Assembly: GCA_032718475.1 (NCBI GenBank) | Contig: JAUCBJ010006143.1 | Span: forward strand, 1-64,000 | Direction: 5' to 3' | Source of the DNA: Nemertoderma westbladi | Taxonomy: Eukaryota; Animalia; Xenacoelomorpha | Length of the DNA stretch: 64,000 nucleotides | Shown here: positions 1 to 14,113 of the stretch, piece after piece | Numbering within the stretch: position 1 is the stretch's first letter | Layout of the letters: each line of letters opens with the position of its first letter | The notes under the pieces: model-generated | Told to the model about the DNA's origin: nothing | Databases searched by the model: none | What the model saw: the letters and a program-made list of their open reading frames with translations, nothing else | Made by a program: the position numbers and the translations under genes

Positions 1-2571
1 GGAGTAGAGAGTTTGTTCCAACGGACTCGCGTACTCCACCGTAGGAGTTCCCGTTCCCGAAATAATACGTTATAACACTAAATTAAACTGGATGCGGGAA
101 AAACCCCACAATAAACAAAGCCCCAGTGTAAAAACTACTGTACAGGATACTGTATTGAATCTAAGTAGTAGACTTATTAGTAAAGTAGAATTATCTGTGC
201 TGTCCCTAGGACTTAATTTTGAACCCAGACTGTGGAAAATGCCAGTAGCCGAGTTTATAGTGTCTATTGAGGATGGCGCTAAACAGTTAGGTGATACGAA
301 AGGAGCGGCGTTCAGACATGAGGCCTTGTCCATTTTACAGAGTCACAAAGATACACCTAGAATAAAAAATTTGTCAAAGGATGAATGGGCCGCGGTCAAA
401 AGTCTTGCGAGTGAATCCTCTATAATCATACGACCAGCAGACAAAGGTAATAAAACTGTAGTCATGGATAGAGATACCTATCATAACAAGATGAGGGAAA
501 TATTAGATGACTCTAGCCAATATTCTTTAATCCATAATAACCCAGTAAGGATGTATGAACGGCGAGTAAATTCTACACTAAGGGATTTAGTTAACTCGGG
601 TAATATGAAACACTCTTTACGTACAAAGTTAGGATCCCATTACTCACAACTACCTTATACTTATGGGAACCCCAAAATCCACAAGACAGAAGTACCGCTT
701 CGAAACATTGTGGCTTTCCAGAACGCCCCTAGCGGTAATATTGCTACATATATAGCTAAAATATTAGCGTTTTATTTACCTCAAGGTGAATCCTATATTA
801 GAAACTCAGCCGAATTGACGGATAAAATTAAATCTATAACGGTAGATAATCGGTTTATACAATGTAGTTTTGATATTGTGAATATGTTTGGCAACATCCC
901 TAGGGATGAAGCTAGAGACGTAGTTATGGATCTAATACTACAGGACTCAGAGTTTAGTGAACGCACAGACATATCTGTAAATACTTTTGGTACTCTATTA
1001 GATTTAGTACTAAACCAAACTGCTTTCCAATACGAAGACCAGTACTTTAAACAGATAAGGGGTTTACCTATGGGTAACCCAGTGTCCCCTGTCATGAGTT
1101 GTATCTTTATGTATAGTTTGGAGCGGAAAGCTAGAGGTATAGGTTTTTTACCAGACTTGTGGTATCGATATGTCGATGACACTTGGACTGTTGTAGATCT
1201 TAACCATGTTGAAGCCCTATTAGACAATTTAAATTTGTTACATCAGGATATTAAATTTACAGTTGAATACCAAAACGTTAAGGGACAGTTACCTTTTTTG
1301 GACGTACTAATTGGTTTAGTTGATGGTAAATTCTCGACTGACGTTTATCAAAAACCTACCCACTCCAACAGGTACTTAAACTTTTCATCCAACCACCACC
1401 CACGGGTGAAACAAAGCGTATGCAGTGCATTATTTTTTAGATCCAATCGTATTTGTTCTACTGTAGATGCACGAAATCGCACTCAAACCAAACTGGCTAA
1501 CACATTAGCTAATAATGGTTATCCTACCAGAATTATTTATAGTACAAAGAGACGTATCAATAGACAATTCGACCAACCTAAACCTGTACCACCCAAGGAC
1601 AAAATTGACATAAGACTTGGCTTACCATATGAGGAAGGCCTCACTGAAAGTTTGGAAAAACTCTGCGCTCTCTATGGGGTGGCAACTTACTTTGTACCGG
1701 GGCGAAAGTTGGCATCCTTTCTGCTAAAAGGTCACAAACCGGTGACTGATCATAGGGGCGTAATATATAGGATCCCTTGCGAATGTGGGCTAACATATAT
1801 AGGTGAAACTAAATACAGTATGGATGTCCGTTTAATGCAACATGACAGTGATGTAAGACACGGTAGATTCAAAGCATCGGATCTAGCAGCTCACCATGTG
1901 GATACTGGTCATGTGCCAAGTTTTGAGTTAGCAGAAGTCATAGGTAGACAAACCCAGTTACGTAGGAGAAAAATCTTAGAAAGTCTTAATATCCGATCAT
2001 TGGGGGACAAAGCTATTAATAAAAGGACATCGGTGGACGTTGACCATTTAAGTGTAGGGGCATTACAAAAATATATGAACTAATATTTTGTAGTACATTG
2101 TGTGTATGTGTGGGTGAATGTGTATTTTTTCTTTCTGTGATTGTGCCAATTGTTTGTAATATATTGTATGTTTAGTACTGTAGTTGTGGTCTCATGTAGT
2201 GTTTTTTATATTATACTGCTTTTGTGCTATAATATCCGTTAAGTTACTGTATGGTGGTTATTTGTCTTGTCAGTCAGTGCATTGGTTATTTTCAGTATTT
2301 TGCAGTATTACAACTTAGGTTAGTACTGGGTTAGGTATTATTATACAGTTTTGATTTTAGGTACCTTACTGTGACTATAGTTAGGCCAGTTTGCAGGACT
2401 GTGTTATTATTCCATTATTATTATTATGCGATTAGGATTACATACATATCTCACTTTCAATATATCTATCTTCTATTAGTTAGTTCTGTTTTGTTATTGA
2501 CAATGAATTATAATATTAATTGGAAATATATTTACGATATCGCTGTATTGCTCCGTTTTCTTTAATATTAT
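1..2571 (+). mobile_element. Penelope-like retroelement, left end outside window; AT-rich 3' region abuts the BEL 5' LTR
   Basis: PLE ORF followed by ~490 bp of T-rich sequence; similarity to the BEL LTR begins abruptly at 2572. Confidence 0.8.
92..2083 (+). CDS. Penelope-like element (Penelope/Poseidon type) reverse transcriptase with C-terminal GIY-YIG endonuclease; N-terminus may be incomplete
   Basis: PLE motifs VLNLS, LGLNF, IRPADKG, YGNPKIHK, SFDIVNMF, GLPMGNPVS, WYRYVDD, LPFLDV, YQKPTHSNRYLNFSSNH; GIY-YIG motif GVIYRIPCECGLTYIGET..R..QH. Confidence 0.95.
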   Translation: MREKPHNKQSPSVKTTVQDTVLNLSSRLISKVELSVLSLGLNFEPRLWKMPVAEFIVSIEDGAKQLGDTKGAAFRHEALSILQSHKDTPRIKNLSKDEWAAVKSLASESSIIIRPADKGNKTVVMDRDTYHNKMREILDDSSQYSLIHNNPVRMYERRVNSTLRDLVNSGNMKHSLRTKLGSHYSQLPYTYGNPKIHKTEVPLRNIVAFQNAPSGNIATYIAKILAFYLPQGESYIRNSAELTDKIKSITVDNRFIQCSFDIVNMFGNIPRDEARDVVMDLILQDSEFSERTDISVNTFGTLLDLVLNQTAFQYEDQYFKQIRGLPMGNPVSPVMSCIFMYSLERKARGIGFLPDLWYRYVDDTWTVVDLNHVEALLDNLNLLHQDIKFTVEYQNVKGQLPFLDVLIGLVDGKFSTDVYQKPTHSNRYLNFSSNHHPRVKQSVCSALFFRSNRICSTVDARNRTQTKLANTLANNGYPTRIIYSTKRRINRQFDQPKPVPPKDKIDIRLGLPYEEGLTESLEKLCALYGVATYFVPGRKLASFLLKGHKPVTDHRGVIYRIPCECGLTYIGETKYSMDVRLMQHDSDVRHGRFKASDLAAHHVDTGHVPSFELAEVIGRQTQLRRRKILESLNIRSLGDKAINKRTSVDVDHLSVGALQKYMN

Positions 2572-4126
2572 TAATGGAACCTATAGAATTATCTAGATTT
2601 GTCTAGATTATTGGCAGCACTAATTCACTATGTAAAGGTGCGTTTGTGCGATTAGTTACACATTACATCAATATATTTCACATTATTTGTATTTATTTCG
2701 TAATTTGTTCATTATTTGTAATAAAGTTAGAATTATTGTTACATCTGTTTTAACATGATTCACCACGGTGAACCCAACTGAGGGACAGATGGCAGGCTAA
2801 GCAGCGGGCCGCAGCAGTGAACGGGAACATCGGCGGAATGTAGAAAGGAGTCCACCCACAATATAGATTAATAGTTCTTCGCCCATCGCCTGAAAGGTTA
2901 GACAGCGTTTGATGCCTTGCTACCTAAGTGTAAGACCTGAGATCAAAGGTAGACGTAGTGACACGCTGTGCGCCAAAATTTAAAATTAGTAACTGTACTG
3001 TTTTGATTCTGACAGAACCCGCGGTACCCCTTCACATTCTTACAGGAGGAGAGTAGAGAGTGAGAGAGAGAATAGATACAAGTACACAAATAGGACGCAG
3101 GCACACCAATACGGGGCATGTACATTGGTAGGGTACACCAAAACTGTACGCCTAACTTATTTGCCGTGTATAGGTGCGCTTGTGGCTTGTTTTGTAGTAC
3201 AACAGTGTCCATTGCTTGTATTGGAGTCTGTAGGCCAAGATAAGGTTACTGTGTCTTGTCTGAATCAAGATTGTACCATTCAGGCGGTCGGGCAGTTTAT
3301 TGTGCTAGGCGCATTACAAATAGGGCTATTTGGGATACTAACACCTACCGTGTCCTCGCCGACATCCTGATAAGAAGTTGCCACGCCCACCTAGGCAACC
3401 AAAATTCTAGATAGGAGACCAGGCTAGCTATCGTAACTGTACGCCTACTGTAGTAAACTAACACATTTCTTCTTCGTATCAGGGACCTGGTAGATTTAAA
3501 TTGCCGAATTCCGGGCGTAGTTACCAACTTTATGCCTGAATTTGAGTCCTGGAAATACACAAAAGGGGAAGGAGCCTTATCATCTGTGAGTATTAGACCT
3601 ACAGACCGCAAAATTAGAATATTTGTAAAATGCACACCGGACCCAGTAAATTATATAATATGAAGGGATACAAAACTAAAATTCGATTATAAAATTCAAC
3701 ACACACACGCGTTTAGGAATTATTTACACCTCGAAATATATAAAATAATTTGTCCACGCCGCAGTTCGTCCGCTAGTTAGATATTTAGCTAGCAACCCCC
3801 ACCCCATATAAATCACACCGCGGCAAAGTATACGAACACCTTTAGTCCGTCAGCAAGTCAGCACGATTGTTAGGATTCGCTGCGCAGGATTTTGTATTAT
3901 CGAAGTTTGTCCGTTTGTAGACTGTTTTCTGCCTCACCAGTTAACGAGGCCGATACTGCAATAGATTTGCTTACTTAGAGTTTACTGTTTTGGTGAGAAG
4001 GTTGGATTTATGTTTTGTGATTCACAGACTTTACAGTAGGATATTGCAGGATTCACACATAGTAGAGATGTGATTTCGGAATCAATGAACAGTAGGAATA
4101 TGTTTCTAGATCTGGTCGATCAAACA
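2572..4126 (+). repeat. BEL/Pao 5' LTR (visible part; left end probably displaced by the Penelope insertion)
   Basis: Direct repeat of 19097-19780 plus 44123-44830 (TAATGGAACCTATAG ... CTGGTCGATCAAACA); exact outer boundaries uncertain. Confidence 0.9.
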
Positions 4127-5929
4127 GTAGGAATGTGATTATTTTTAACATATTCCAGAATGTGTTATTTTTAACACAGAATGTGTTCTACTGAATTATA
4201 AGTTCAGTAGGACTAAAATTATTTGAAAATTTTGTATTTTGAGGTAAAAATTTGTATTTGATTAGCTAAGTGCTAATTTTTGAATAAAATTCATATTTGA
4301 ACCGTGTGTAAAATATTTTGGAATTAAATACCGGTGTTTAAAAGGGTTTAAATACCATATTGTACCGGTACAAAATTTTCGTAAAGTAAAACCAAACTCT
4401 TGTTTTTCAGCTCATTTCTAGACTGTAATGAGAGCAAGACCGTGTTTAGCAAGTTTGGGAGATTGATAACTCAACAATTTTTGTTGGGGAAAATCGCACT
4501 TCGTCCGCAACGCTGGAAACAGAAAGGTTCACGTCCGGTTTGTATCTGGGAATCTGTTTTTCTGGAGAATTTTGGAGGTGGTAATTTCGAAAAGTTGCAT
4601 TAGTCAGTTAGGCATTACCGTATTAGTTAAAATTATTGTGGGTTCCACTTTCTCAAGTATTTGCTTTCTGTACGATTTCTTCGTTTATTGCTGAATTAGT
4701 CCGTGTTATTTGTGTTTGATTTACAATTTGATAACATATATCGTTATCCGATTTATTTGTTATAAAGTTGGCCGATAGGCTAATTTTATTATATACTTAT
4801 ACCGTGACATTTATTTGCTGTAAAATTGGCTGGTAGGCTAATTTTATCCATTTGCTATAAAATCGGCCGGTAGGCTAATTTTATATGTTTGAATTATAAT
4901 TAGTACCGTTTTATATATAAATACTGTAAGTTTGATACTTGACACTCACATACAACTACCGAACTTAGCGACAAACAGGACTATACGAAAAATACACCTA
5001 CCGACTATGACTCATGTGACTCGGATAAGTCAGTAGCGGAAGAACCACAAGGGAAGACTCGCGAGCCTACCGAACCAACACCGTGTGCGTCACCAGTACA
5101 TCCAACGGGAGTACCGGATGCCTTAGTACGAGGCGACGGCAGGACCGGGGATTTTCTAACTGTTCCGCAGCCTAGATACAGGGAAACAGATATGCTTAGT
5201 TCAGTAGGAAGCCAAGAGAGCATTGTTAGAAGCGTCGGAGGATACATGGCGCATATTACCAGGAGTATTGGAGAAGGCCAACGCATATTAAACGAGTTGA
5301 CCGCTCCGATGTCCCAGTTCGAGTTTTACACCTTACAGGTTAGAGTACAAAGGTACATAAGGTACATAAGGTACATTAGGTACATAAGTCCGTAAGTAAC
5401 CTTATCAGTCTACAAGATCTAGCTAGACAAAGACAGGACGCGGACACTCAGTTTAAGATCCTTGAGAAATTAATGATCGCTAGGGAGAAACTAATTTAGT
5501 TTAAGACGGCCGTTAGACTGATACAACAGGAACAAGCGGACCAGTTGCTAGGTGAGTCAGTTTCCGACGAATTATTGCAGCTCGAGGAAGAACAAGAACT
5601 GTATAGACTGGATGGACAACTGAAATATCTGACGGATCAGTTACATATGTGCGGCGAAGATGTTGGAGATTTGGAAACCGTGCCGGAGGCTACGAGGGAA
5701 GCTTCACCCGTACAGACAGAATGGCACCGGGAATACTGGATCAATCACTGGTAAGTATTCGCAACGAAATTGGCAAGGTGAGTATAATAACGTCAGAAAT
5801 TTCTCGACAGCAGCAACAGTTTTACAGAAAATGACAAGAGATTGAGGAACAAACTCAATTGCTGACAGTACAAGCAGCTGTAGAGGAGGAGAAACTAAGG
5901 GTAGCAAATGTTGCGAGAATCTCTCATCT

Positions 5930-6150
5930 ACAAGAAGCAGCCGAATTAGAAGCAGCTGAGATGGAAAGGTTAGAGTTGGAAATAGCACAACAAACAGCGA
6001 CAGCTGAGTTAGCGCAACGAACGACAGCAGCCGAATTGGAGTGACAAGCAGCAGAAGCTGAATTGGAGCGACAAGCGGCAGCAGCCGAATTGGAGTGGCA
6101 AGCAGCAGCAGCTGAGTTGAAGCGACAAGTGGCAGCAGCTGAGTTGGAAG
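5930..6150 (+). repeat. ~30-33-bp tandem repeats in gag encoding (AAAELERQ)n coiled-coil
   Basis: Repeated GCAGCmGAATTGGAG/GCAGCTGAGTTG units. Confidence 0.8.
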
Positions 6151-6825
6151 AACAAAGGTTAGTTTCAGAAGCAAGGGCTGAAATGAAAAAACGACAAATA
6201 AAGGCCCAATCAGCTATACGACTAGTGGAGTTCGAGGCGCAACAACAACAAACGGAACAACGTGAAAAGGAAGTTAAGCTTCATTTCGAACTCGAAAGGA
6301 AGGCGAGAGAGTTAGCCAACACCAAGGAGGATCTGGATCTTAAAGCCCGCAATCGATCGATCTCGAGATGGACACGATCTAGACAGGATAGAGGTAAGGC
6401 ATCGCCAAATTCAGGAACGAATAAAGGAAGGAAGTGTGGGAGCACCTGAGCGAGGACGGGAATTGGTTAAGGAATTATGCCAACGATTTCCTCAAGTAAC
6501 TCCTATGTTTGCACCAATTACGTCTAAAAAACCTGTTTCGATTGCGGCTAGTAGCAATATATCTCCTATCCACGATGCGACGGAACACAGGTTTGTTATA
6601 CCGGACAAGTTTATACCGCCGAGAGCAACGTCATTGCCTATCACGAAAGTCAAGGTAAGTAATCCGCCAATTACGGACCGTAGTAGTTATTAGCCGGACC
6701 TACATTACTGACGACTAAACAGGTGAGTCAACCTTTGACACCCAAACCTGTCACACACTATGCCAACCCAACTGTGTTTAGACCTACGAGGCCTTTAGAT
6801 TCAAACGCCATTCTGCGACCACACA

Positions 6826-7065
6826 TTCAGTTTACATCGCAATCTACGACTTCGAGGAAGACTTGTGAGCCTACCGAACAGCAGAGACCAGTAGACACGC
6901 GACCACTCAACCAGTTTACATAGCAATCTACGACTTTGAGGAAGACTTGTGAGCCTACCGAACAGCGGGGACCAGTAGACACGCAACCACTCAACCAGTT
7001 TACATCGCAATCTACAACTTTGAGGAAGACTTGCGAGCCTACTGAACAGCGGAGACCAGTAGACG
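6826..7065 (+). repeat. 84-bp tandem repeat x3 in gag linker
   Basis: Unit CAGTTTACATCGCAATCTACGACTTTGAGGAAGACTTGYGAGCCTACYGAACAGC..ACCAGTAGAC. Confidence 0.9.
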
Positions 7066-8519
7066 ATGTTTCAAAACGAAGTGTTAGAATTCGGACAACA
7101 CAACGGACGCAAGCACGTCGGCCACCGTATCCAGGTGATAGTAGCACTTCCAGCGAATCGGATTACCCGGAACGCGAGGTGTTTAGAACAGGAGCGGCCG
7201 ATGAATGCAAATGTGAGCATTCAACAAATTCCTTTATAAATGGTCCTCCACAAAATACACCAACACAGAAAGCGTTACAACCAACAGACACGATCAGTAC
7301 TCAACAATTCGCCGATCTAATGCGACCAGTTGTTAACAAGTTGGCCCAGATTGAGGAATGTTTGGAGGAAGCTCAAACCAATAGTTCGAGAGTAAGTATG
7401 GAATTCGAACACACCAGACACCCGAAGAATCCGCAAAGGACGGTACCCTCAGGAAATACTTCGTATCTTCGGAGAATATTAATAATAATATTAATACTTC
7501 GGAGAATATTAATTCGATTACCACACAAGGACGCGAAACTTTGAATGTAGCTGAAGAGATAGCTAAATTCGCAGCCAGAAAAGGGCTACCAGAGCAGCAA
7601 CCACCAAAGTTCTCCGGTAATTCTCAACATTGGCACACATTTGTGGACTATATTGAATCTCAAATTGCAGCCTGCGCTTTTACATCGAGAGAGAAGTTTA
7701 ATTATCTGCTTCAAAAACTGACGGGAGAACCAAAATGTCTAGCAGAGACCTTTGTTGGTGTACCAGACGCCTTTGAGTTGGCTTATGATCGCTTAACTTT
7801 GATTTACAGTGGCACAGTAAGCATGGCCAAGTCGGTAATGGAAGAACTCTGTAAAGGGGGAGCCATTACAAAACCTGTGGACTTACTGAAGTTAGCCGAC
7901 GAAATCAAGAACGCCATTTCTTCTTTACGATCAATCGGACAACTAGATTACGCAAACACTCCTACAGTCCTATTGAAAATAATTAGAAGATTACACCATC
8001 GACTTCGTAGGGAGTGGAGAAAGATCGAATACCAGCGAGAAGAGACTGGTGGGTTTTTAAAGTTAGAAGACGTTTACCTATTAATATCCAGGGAAGCAGT
8101 GGTCGAAACTCGGTCAAACTATACCGACCAACATATAGTAGCCGAGGGGATAACATTGCCATCTTCTAACCAACAGAAACCACAGACGACATCCACAAGG
8201 ACGGTCACTTACGCCACACTGACAGACACTCAACAATTTTCCGACGGTTATAAAGTGTCCGCACCAATATCGGATCAAACAGAGCAGACAGCAACTAACT
8301 GCCGACTTCAGCGGTTGTCAATACTGCGAAAGAATAGGTAAGCGGCATACTAGTCATAAATTGAGAGGATGTAGACTATTTTGTGAGTTAAACTCTGAAG
8401 AACGACGGCTACAAATACGGCCATTAGATTCTTGATGGAGGTGTACACAACATGGACATGTCCGTAAAGATTGTCCAAATATACACACCTGTCCTTCTTG
8501 TGGACGCAACCATGACGCT

Positions 8520-11500
8520 TTGCTCCACACAGATAGTCATACACCGACGAAACGCTTCACCAGGGAACACCCAGAAGCAGCCGCAAAATGTAATGCTGCA
8601 TACAAAACACGAGAATCAAAATCAACACCAACATTTGTGACACATATTTGGGATTGTTTTCCAGAACAATCCGGGTCTTCGGATAAAGAGTCGGAAGACA
8701 ACCACGCATATACTGGAGACGAACAACCATCGATTGCACTTCTGACGCCTGATCAACTGAAAGGATTCAGTGTAATTCCTGTTAAGATTACAGGCACCAA
8801 GGGAAGCAAACGTATTTACGCCATTCTAGACTCAGCCTCATCTCACAGCTACGTGGATGAGAAGGTAGCTGATGTGGTAACGGACTTTCGACAAGGTAAG
8901 AATGTCAGATATACTGTAAGTAGTATGCATGGACAACATGCGATTCCAGTGACAAGAGTTAAGTTGAACTTAGACACCCTTCTCTCAAAATCGCAACATA
9001 GCGAAAAGGAGAGGTCTTTGCTTTCTTTTAGGGATTTAACCTTTGCGGCCACAAAGGACTTTAGTAACCTACTGGGTCCAGTGCCAGAACAATCCTTGGA
9101 GGACCGTAAGCATTTTAGACACCTTGGTGTACCAGAATGTCCTGTTAATTACAGATCAGTAGCGATGTTGATCGGGACAGACCAATTCAACTTGTATCAA
9201 GTGTGGGAAACCAGACCATTGGTAGTAGTAGCAGGAAACGCTTATGCCTGTAGAACTCCGATAGGTTGGTATACTCGAGCGCCTGTGCGCACACTAGATA
9301 TAAGTGACGAGGAAGATGATGTACAAAGTACATGTAGTTTATTAACTACAACTTTGTCTCATTCTTTTTCAAATGGAAGAGACTATACTACGCGACAGTC
9401 AATGAGACACGACAATGTTACAGGTACGACTTGCGTTACGAATACACTAAGTCATGAAGAGCAAAAACAAATCCACAAGGTTAGTTTGGAAATTGGAAAA
9501 GAGACGCGTCAGGCAGAGTTTCCATCAACGACAGATGATAACACCAGAAGGCTTGCGAGTCTACCTGATCCAATAATGTTACAAACACCCGTTGATGTCG
9601 ACGCACTAAGAAATTATTGAGTGGAACAAGCTGATTTGGACAAAGAATTAACAGAGAAGACTATCAGATGGTTGGAACAAGATACCGCCGAACCTGGTAG
9701 TTACGAACCATGTATGTCGGAACAAGAAAAACAATCTTTAAAGATCATGGAGGATACTATCCGCCAGACGAAAGATGGACATTATGATGGATGATGGAAG
9801 ATGGATGTTATGGTGTAACCAACGACCGAAACTTATAAATAACTATCCACTAGCCTTAAAGCGTTTAAACTCAATACGCCAACGTTTATTAAAGGACGAG
9901 AAAGCCCATTTACATTATAATACTCAAATGGAGACGTATTTGACAAAAGGGTACGCTATCAGAATGACAAACCCGGAGATTGTGACAGATCAGACATACT
10001 ACTTGCCACATCACTATGTGACAACCCAGAAAAGGTACGTGTAGTTAATGACTGCGCGGCTCTTTTTGAGGAAATGTCTCTCAATAGTGAGTTGATGGAT
10101 GGACCAAACATGAATAATTATCTCATAATGAATAATTATGCGCTTTCGCCAACGTCAAGTAGCATTTACTTGCGACGTGGAAGCAATGTTTCACCAGGTG
10201 CGAGCGTTAGAGCGAGACAGAGACAGTTTGAGGTTCCTCTGGTACCCGGATGGAGATTTAAGTCAACCACCGTCAATTTACCAAATGCAAGTTCGCGTAT
10301 TCGGTGCCAGAGATAGCCCAAATTGTACCATGTACGCCCTAAAACAAACCGCTAGGGATCAGAAACACAAATATGACCCAGAGATAATTCAAATTGTAGA
10401 AAGAGACTTTTATGTTGATGATGGATTACAGAGTTGTGACACAGTAGAACGTGCTATAACAGTAGCATATCAATTACGGGACTGTCTAGCAGCTGGAGGT
10501 TTTAACCTAACCAAGTTCGCTTCAAACAGCACCGATTTGGTGAATTTGTTCGAAACGACTGAGCGTGGGGGTGGTGACATAGATCTAGAATTTGAACCAT
10601 TACCGACGACCAAGGTGTTGGGATTATTTTGGGACCCCAACACAGACAACTTTAAAGTAAAACTGACATTGGATGATCAAGGAGGTTCTCTGACCAAGAG
10701 ATCCTGCGTATCAAAGTTGAGTCGATTGTTTGATTCATTAGGTTTTATCAGCCCAATAATACTGCAAGCCAGAATATATATGCGCAGTATATGGAATGAT
10801 GGGACGAACCAATCTCATCTGAACAAGTACACTTATGGAAAACTTGGGAGGCGCAATTGTCTTCACTAGAAGATTATTCCATACCCCGGGTATATTTTCC
10901 ATTACAATCGACATTTCCTGACAATTTAGAATTACATTGTTTCTCTGACGCCAGTGACAACGGCTTTGGAGTGACAGCGTATCTGCGTAGACAAGTAGAT
11001 TCAGACGAGTTTGATGTATCGCTCATTACTTCTAAGGCTAAAACCATGCCTACTAAGTATATGACGACACCACACGCTGAGCTACAAGCAGCAACCTTGT
11101 CAACTACCATTGTAAACCTTATCCAGACTGAACTATAATCAAGTTTACAGATATTTTATTGGACTGACGCGACGTTAGTTTTGTTTTATATAAACAACAA
11201 CACACTTGAATTTAAGACATTTTTAGCTAACCCTCTTGCGGAAATTTTAGACTGTTCAATAAAGGAAGATTGGCGACATTGTCCCGGACCACAAAATCCA
11301 GCTGATATTGCGTCACGAGGAATGATGCCCGAGGAGTTCTGTAAACCGGCGAACAAGAAATTTTGCCAACATGGACCACAATTCTTGCAAAGATCATCAC
11401 AACATTGGCCGCCATTATACGTTAATAAGTCTAACACTATCCCTAAGGATGCTGAAATTAAAAAACCAAAGAAAGGGAAAGCAAAGAAAAGGACGACGGC

Positions 11501-13691
11501 AAAACTTAAGAAGAAACCAAAGGCAAAAAGGAAAAATATAACTTATAAAGTTAAAAATGGAAGACTTGCGAGCCTTTCTTCACCAGACGTATCGCCAGAC
11601 GGTCAACCAGACACGTTACTAGACGGTCAACCAGACACGTTACTAGACGGTCAACCTGACACGTTACCAGATGATCAACCAGACATGTTACCAAATGATC
11701 AACCAGACATTTCGCCAGATATGTGACCAGACATTCATAACACATTGATACATAGTAAAACCGCAGTTTCTTTTTTGGAGCGGCCTTCTATTGACAAACT
11801 ACCAAATTTGACACTCTTGAGTAACCATAAGTACAGTGAAACCTCATGTATTACAGATGTGGGTAGTACCTATACAAATGTAAATACAGGTGTTACTTTG
11901 CGCTCAAGAGACATACCAACCTTACAACCTACGGTGGGACCTGGGATAAATATCGGCAGAAAAATAAATTTACCAAAACCCAGTGATCCTATAGAATTTA
12001 AACTACCATTAAGGATCGACTTACAAAGTATCGACAATCAAGGTAAGAAGACGAAGAAGGACAAAATACTTATAGACCCGGACGGATCAACAGTCAATAA
12101 GGGAATACCTACCGGCGGACCCGTGGGCCCATCTAATAAAACGAGACCTTCTAGACTAATCACTGACTTACCTGATGACGTCATAAATACTTATGTCGAC
12201 CGTATTGTAAACCTAACAGATTCTTGGACAAAAGCGAATTAGCGTGGATTGTACGTTTTGTACAATACGTTAAGGGCAAACGCGACTTTACACGTTGACT
12301 TACATTGACCGAGATTGACAGATGTGAAATTAAATTAATTTGCCATTACCAATTACGATATTTTGCACGCGAATTCACATCTATAAGTCAAGGTCAACCA
12401 ATCAAGTCATTACCAATATTGAGTTGGAGTCCAATAATTTATAATGGCTTAATTTGTCATAAATCTCGGCTTCAAAACATTGACTTTAATACTGAGTTTA
12501 GATACCCAATAATAATACCACAACATCACGAATTACAATGTGCAATGATACTGGACGCACATTTACAACTAAAACACGCTGGAAGACACCACTATCTTTC
12601 ACATCTACGTACAAGATTTGTATTAATTAGACCCAGTAAAGCATAAGTTCAGTGACGCGTATATGTATTATTTGTAAAAAGGTACATTCTAGATTAAGTA
12701 CCCAAGAAATGAGTGAACTTCCACAAGCACGACTACAAGCATTCAGACCATTTTTTACAGAGACTGGAATTGACTGCTTTGGTCCCATAAATACAAAACG
12801 TGGACGTATACTAGTAAAACATTGGGGACTGATATATATATGTCCAGTAGGGCAGTTCATATTGAATGTGTGATGGATCTTTCCACTAACGCTTTTATAC
12901 TAGCATTATGGCAATTTATCGCTAGATGCGGACTAGTAGAATGCTTGTACTCAGACCAAGTTACAAACTTTGTTGGTGCTCAAAATGAAATTGCAAGGGC
13001 CTTTAAGAAATTAGATCATGACCAGATCTCCAATGAACTACGTCCTTACAAGATTGTTTGGAGATTTAACCCTCCAGATATTCCATGGAGAGGCGGAGTC
13101 TGGGAGAGACTGGTAAGATCCATTAAAACAGCCATGGCAAAAGTCATTCCAGTACATCACATATTGACAGACGTCCAATTGACCACATTGTTTGTTGAAA
13201 TCGAGGCAATACTAAATACTAGACCCATAGTATTAGTACCCGATGACAAACAATCCCAGTTTGCTTTAACACCAGCACACCTGCTAATGCAAGCACCGAC
13301 TACATTGATGCCTATTTCGGTTTCAATGGAAAGCGATAGCTATGGTAGAAAGGCGTGGAAAATCACGCAACTACTAGCTAAGAAATTCTGGGAAATATGG
13401 CAAAACCATTATTTGCCCTCTATTTCTGCCAGAACCACTTGGTACAATAACACCCGAGCTTTTAAACCGGGCGATCACGTACTGTTAGCAGAAGTGAATT
13501 TAAAAAGACGCCTCTGGTTAACTGGTGTTATTTTAGATACACACCCATCTATGGACGGAGTGACATGAACTGTGACGGTACGGACAATTGACGGTCATAC
13601 TGTAGACAGACCGACTCAACGTCCTTTACTTCTTGAAGAGACTCGGAATAAGTCTGGAGATTATAAGTCTCCAACTAATCTTAGTAAATAA
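8520..13691 (+). pseudogene. pol: BEL/Pao pol: aspartic protease, RT, RNase H (Peptidase_A17-like), integrase; fragmented
   Basis: AILDSASSHSY (protease); YYLPHH, DVEAMFHQV, LRFLW, FGARDSP, FYVDD (RT); KVLGLFW, LHCFSDAS, NPADIASRG (RH); TGIDCFGP, YSDQVTNFVGA, PWRGGVWERLVRSIK, EIEAILNTRP, LTPAHLL (IN). Confidence 0.95.
11582..11733 (+). repeat. 24-bp tandem repeat (~5-6 copies) between RNase H and integrase
   Basis: CCAGACACGTTACTAGACGGTCAA units, encoding PDTLLDGQ. Confidence 0.9.
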
Positions 13692-14113
13692 TATGTGTTT
13701 ACCAAATAGATTTCCACGTACCTGTACACTGTAGTAAATACAGCGGTAGAATTCCATTGTCTTTATATGTGAACATTAAAGGGTAGTCCTTATGTGTCAC
13801 ATAGGAGCGGGATTTGTAGGTATAAGAAATGGATTTCTACTTGGAACTCACAATATGAGACATTTTCGAAATTTTAGACAATCCATTTGGATTTGAAAAA
13901 TTTTAAAAATTGATTCTCCAGTGAATGGATTTCAGGGTACAGTCGGGTGGGACTTGAAATTAGAGAAACAAGAGAACGGAAGACTCGCGAGCCTTTCTTA
14001 AAATTAATTAAATTTTACACGGTCTTGTTTCAATAAGTTACGTCAACCAATAGACTTCCCTATATTACTAATTCTTGATTGCTTATTTTCTGATAATAGT
14101 TTGGGATCAAAAG

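Larger units (their letters stand above)
4965..8540 (+). pseudogene. gag: BEL/Pao gag region: coiled-coil, repeats, DUF1759-like capsid domain, degenerate Cys/His knuckles; many stops and frameshifts; start approximate
   Basis: PPKFSGNSQHWHTF..EKFNYLLQKLTGEPK (7541-8341), typical of Pao gag; Cys/His clusters at ~8300-8530. Confidence 0.8.

Noticed and set aside
2943-3635. Short ORFs repeated at 19465 and 44144
   Set aside because: They lie within LTR copies; duplication reflects the LTR and there are no protein motifs
4113-4126. TGGTCGATC as primer-binding site
   Set aside because: Also present at the end of the 3' LTR copy, so it appears to be within the repeat
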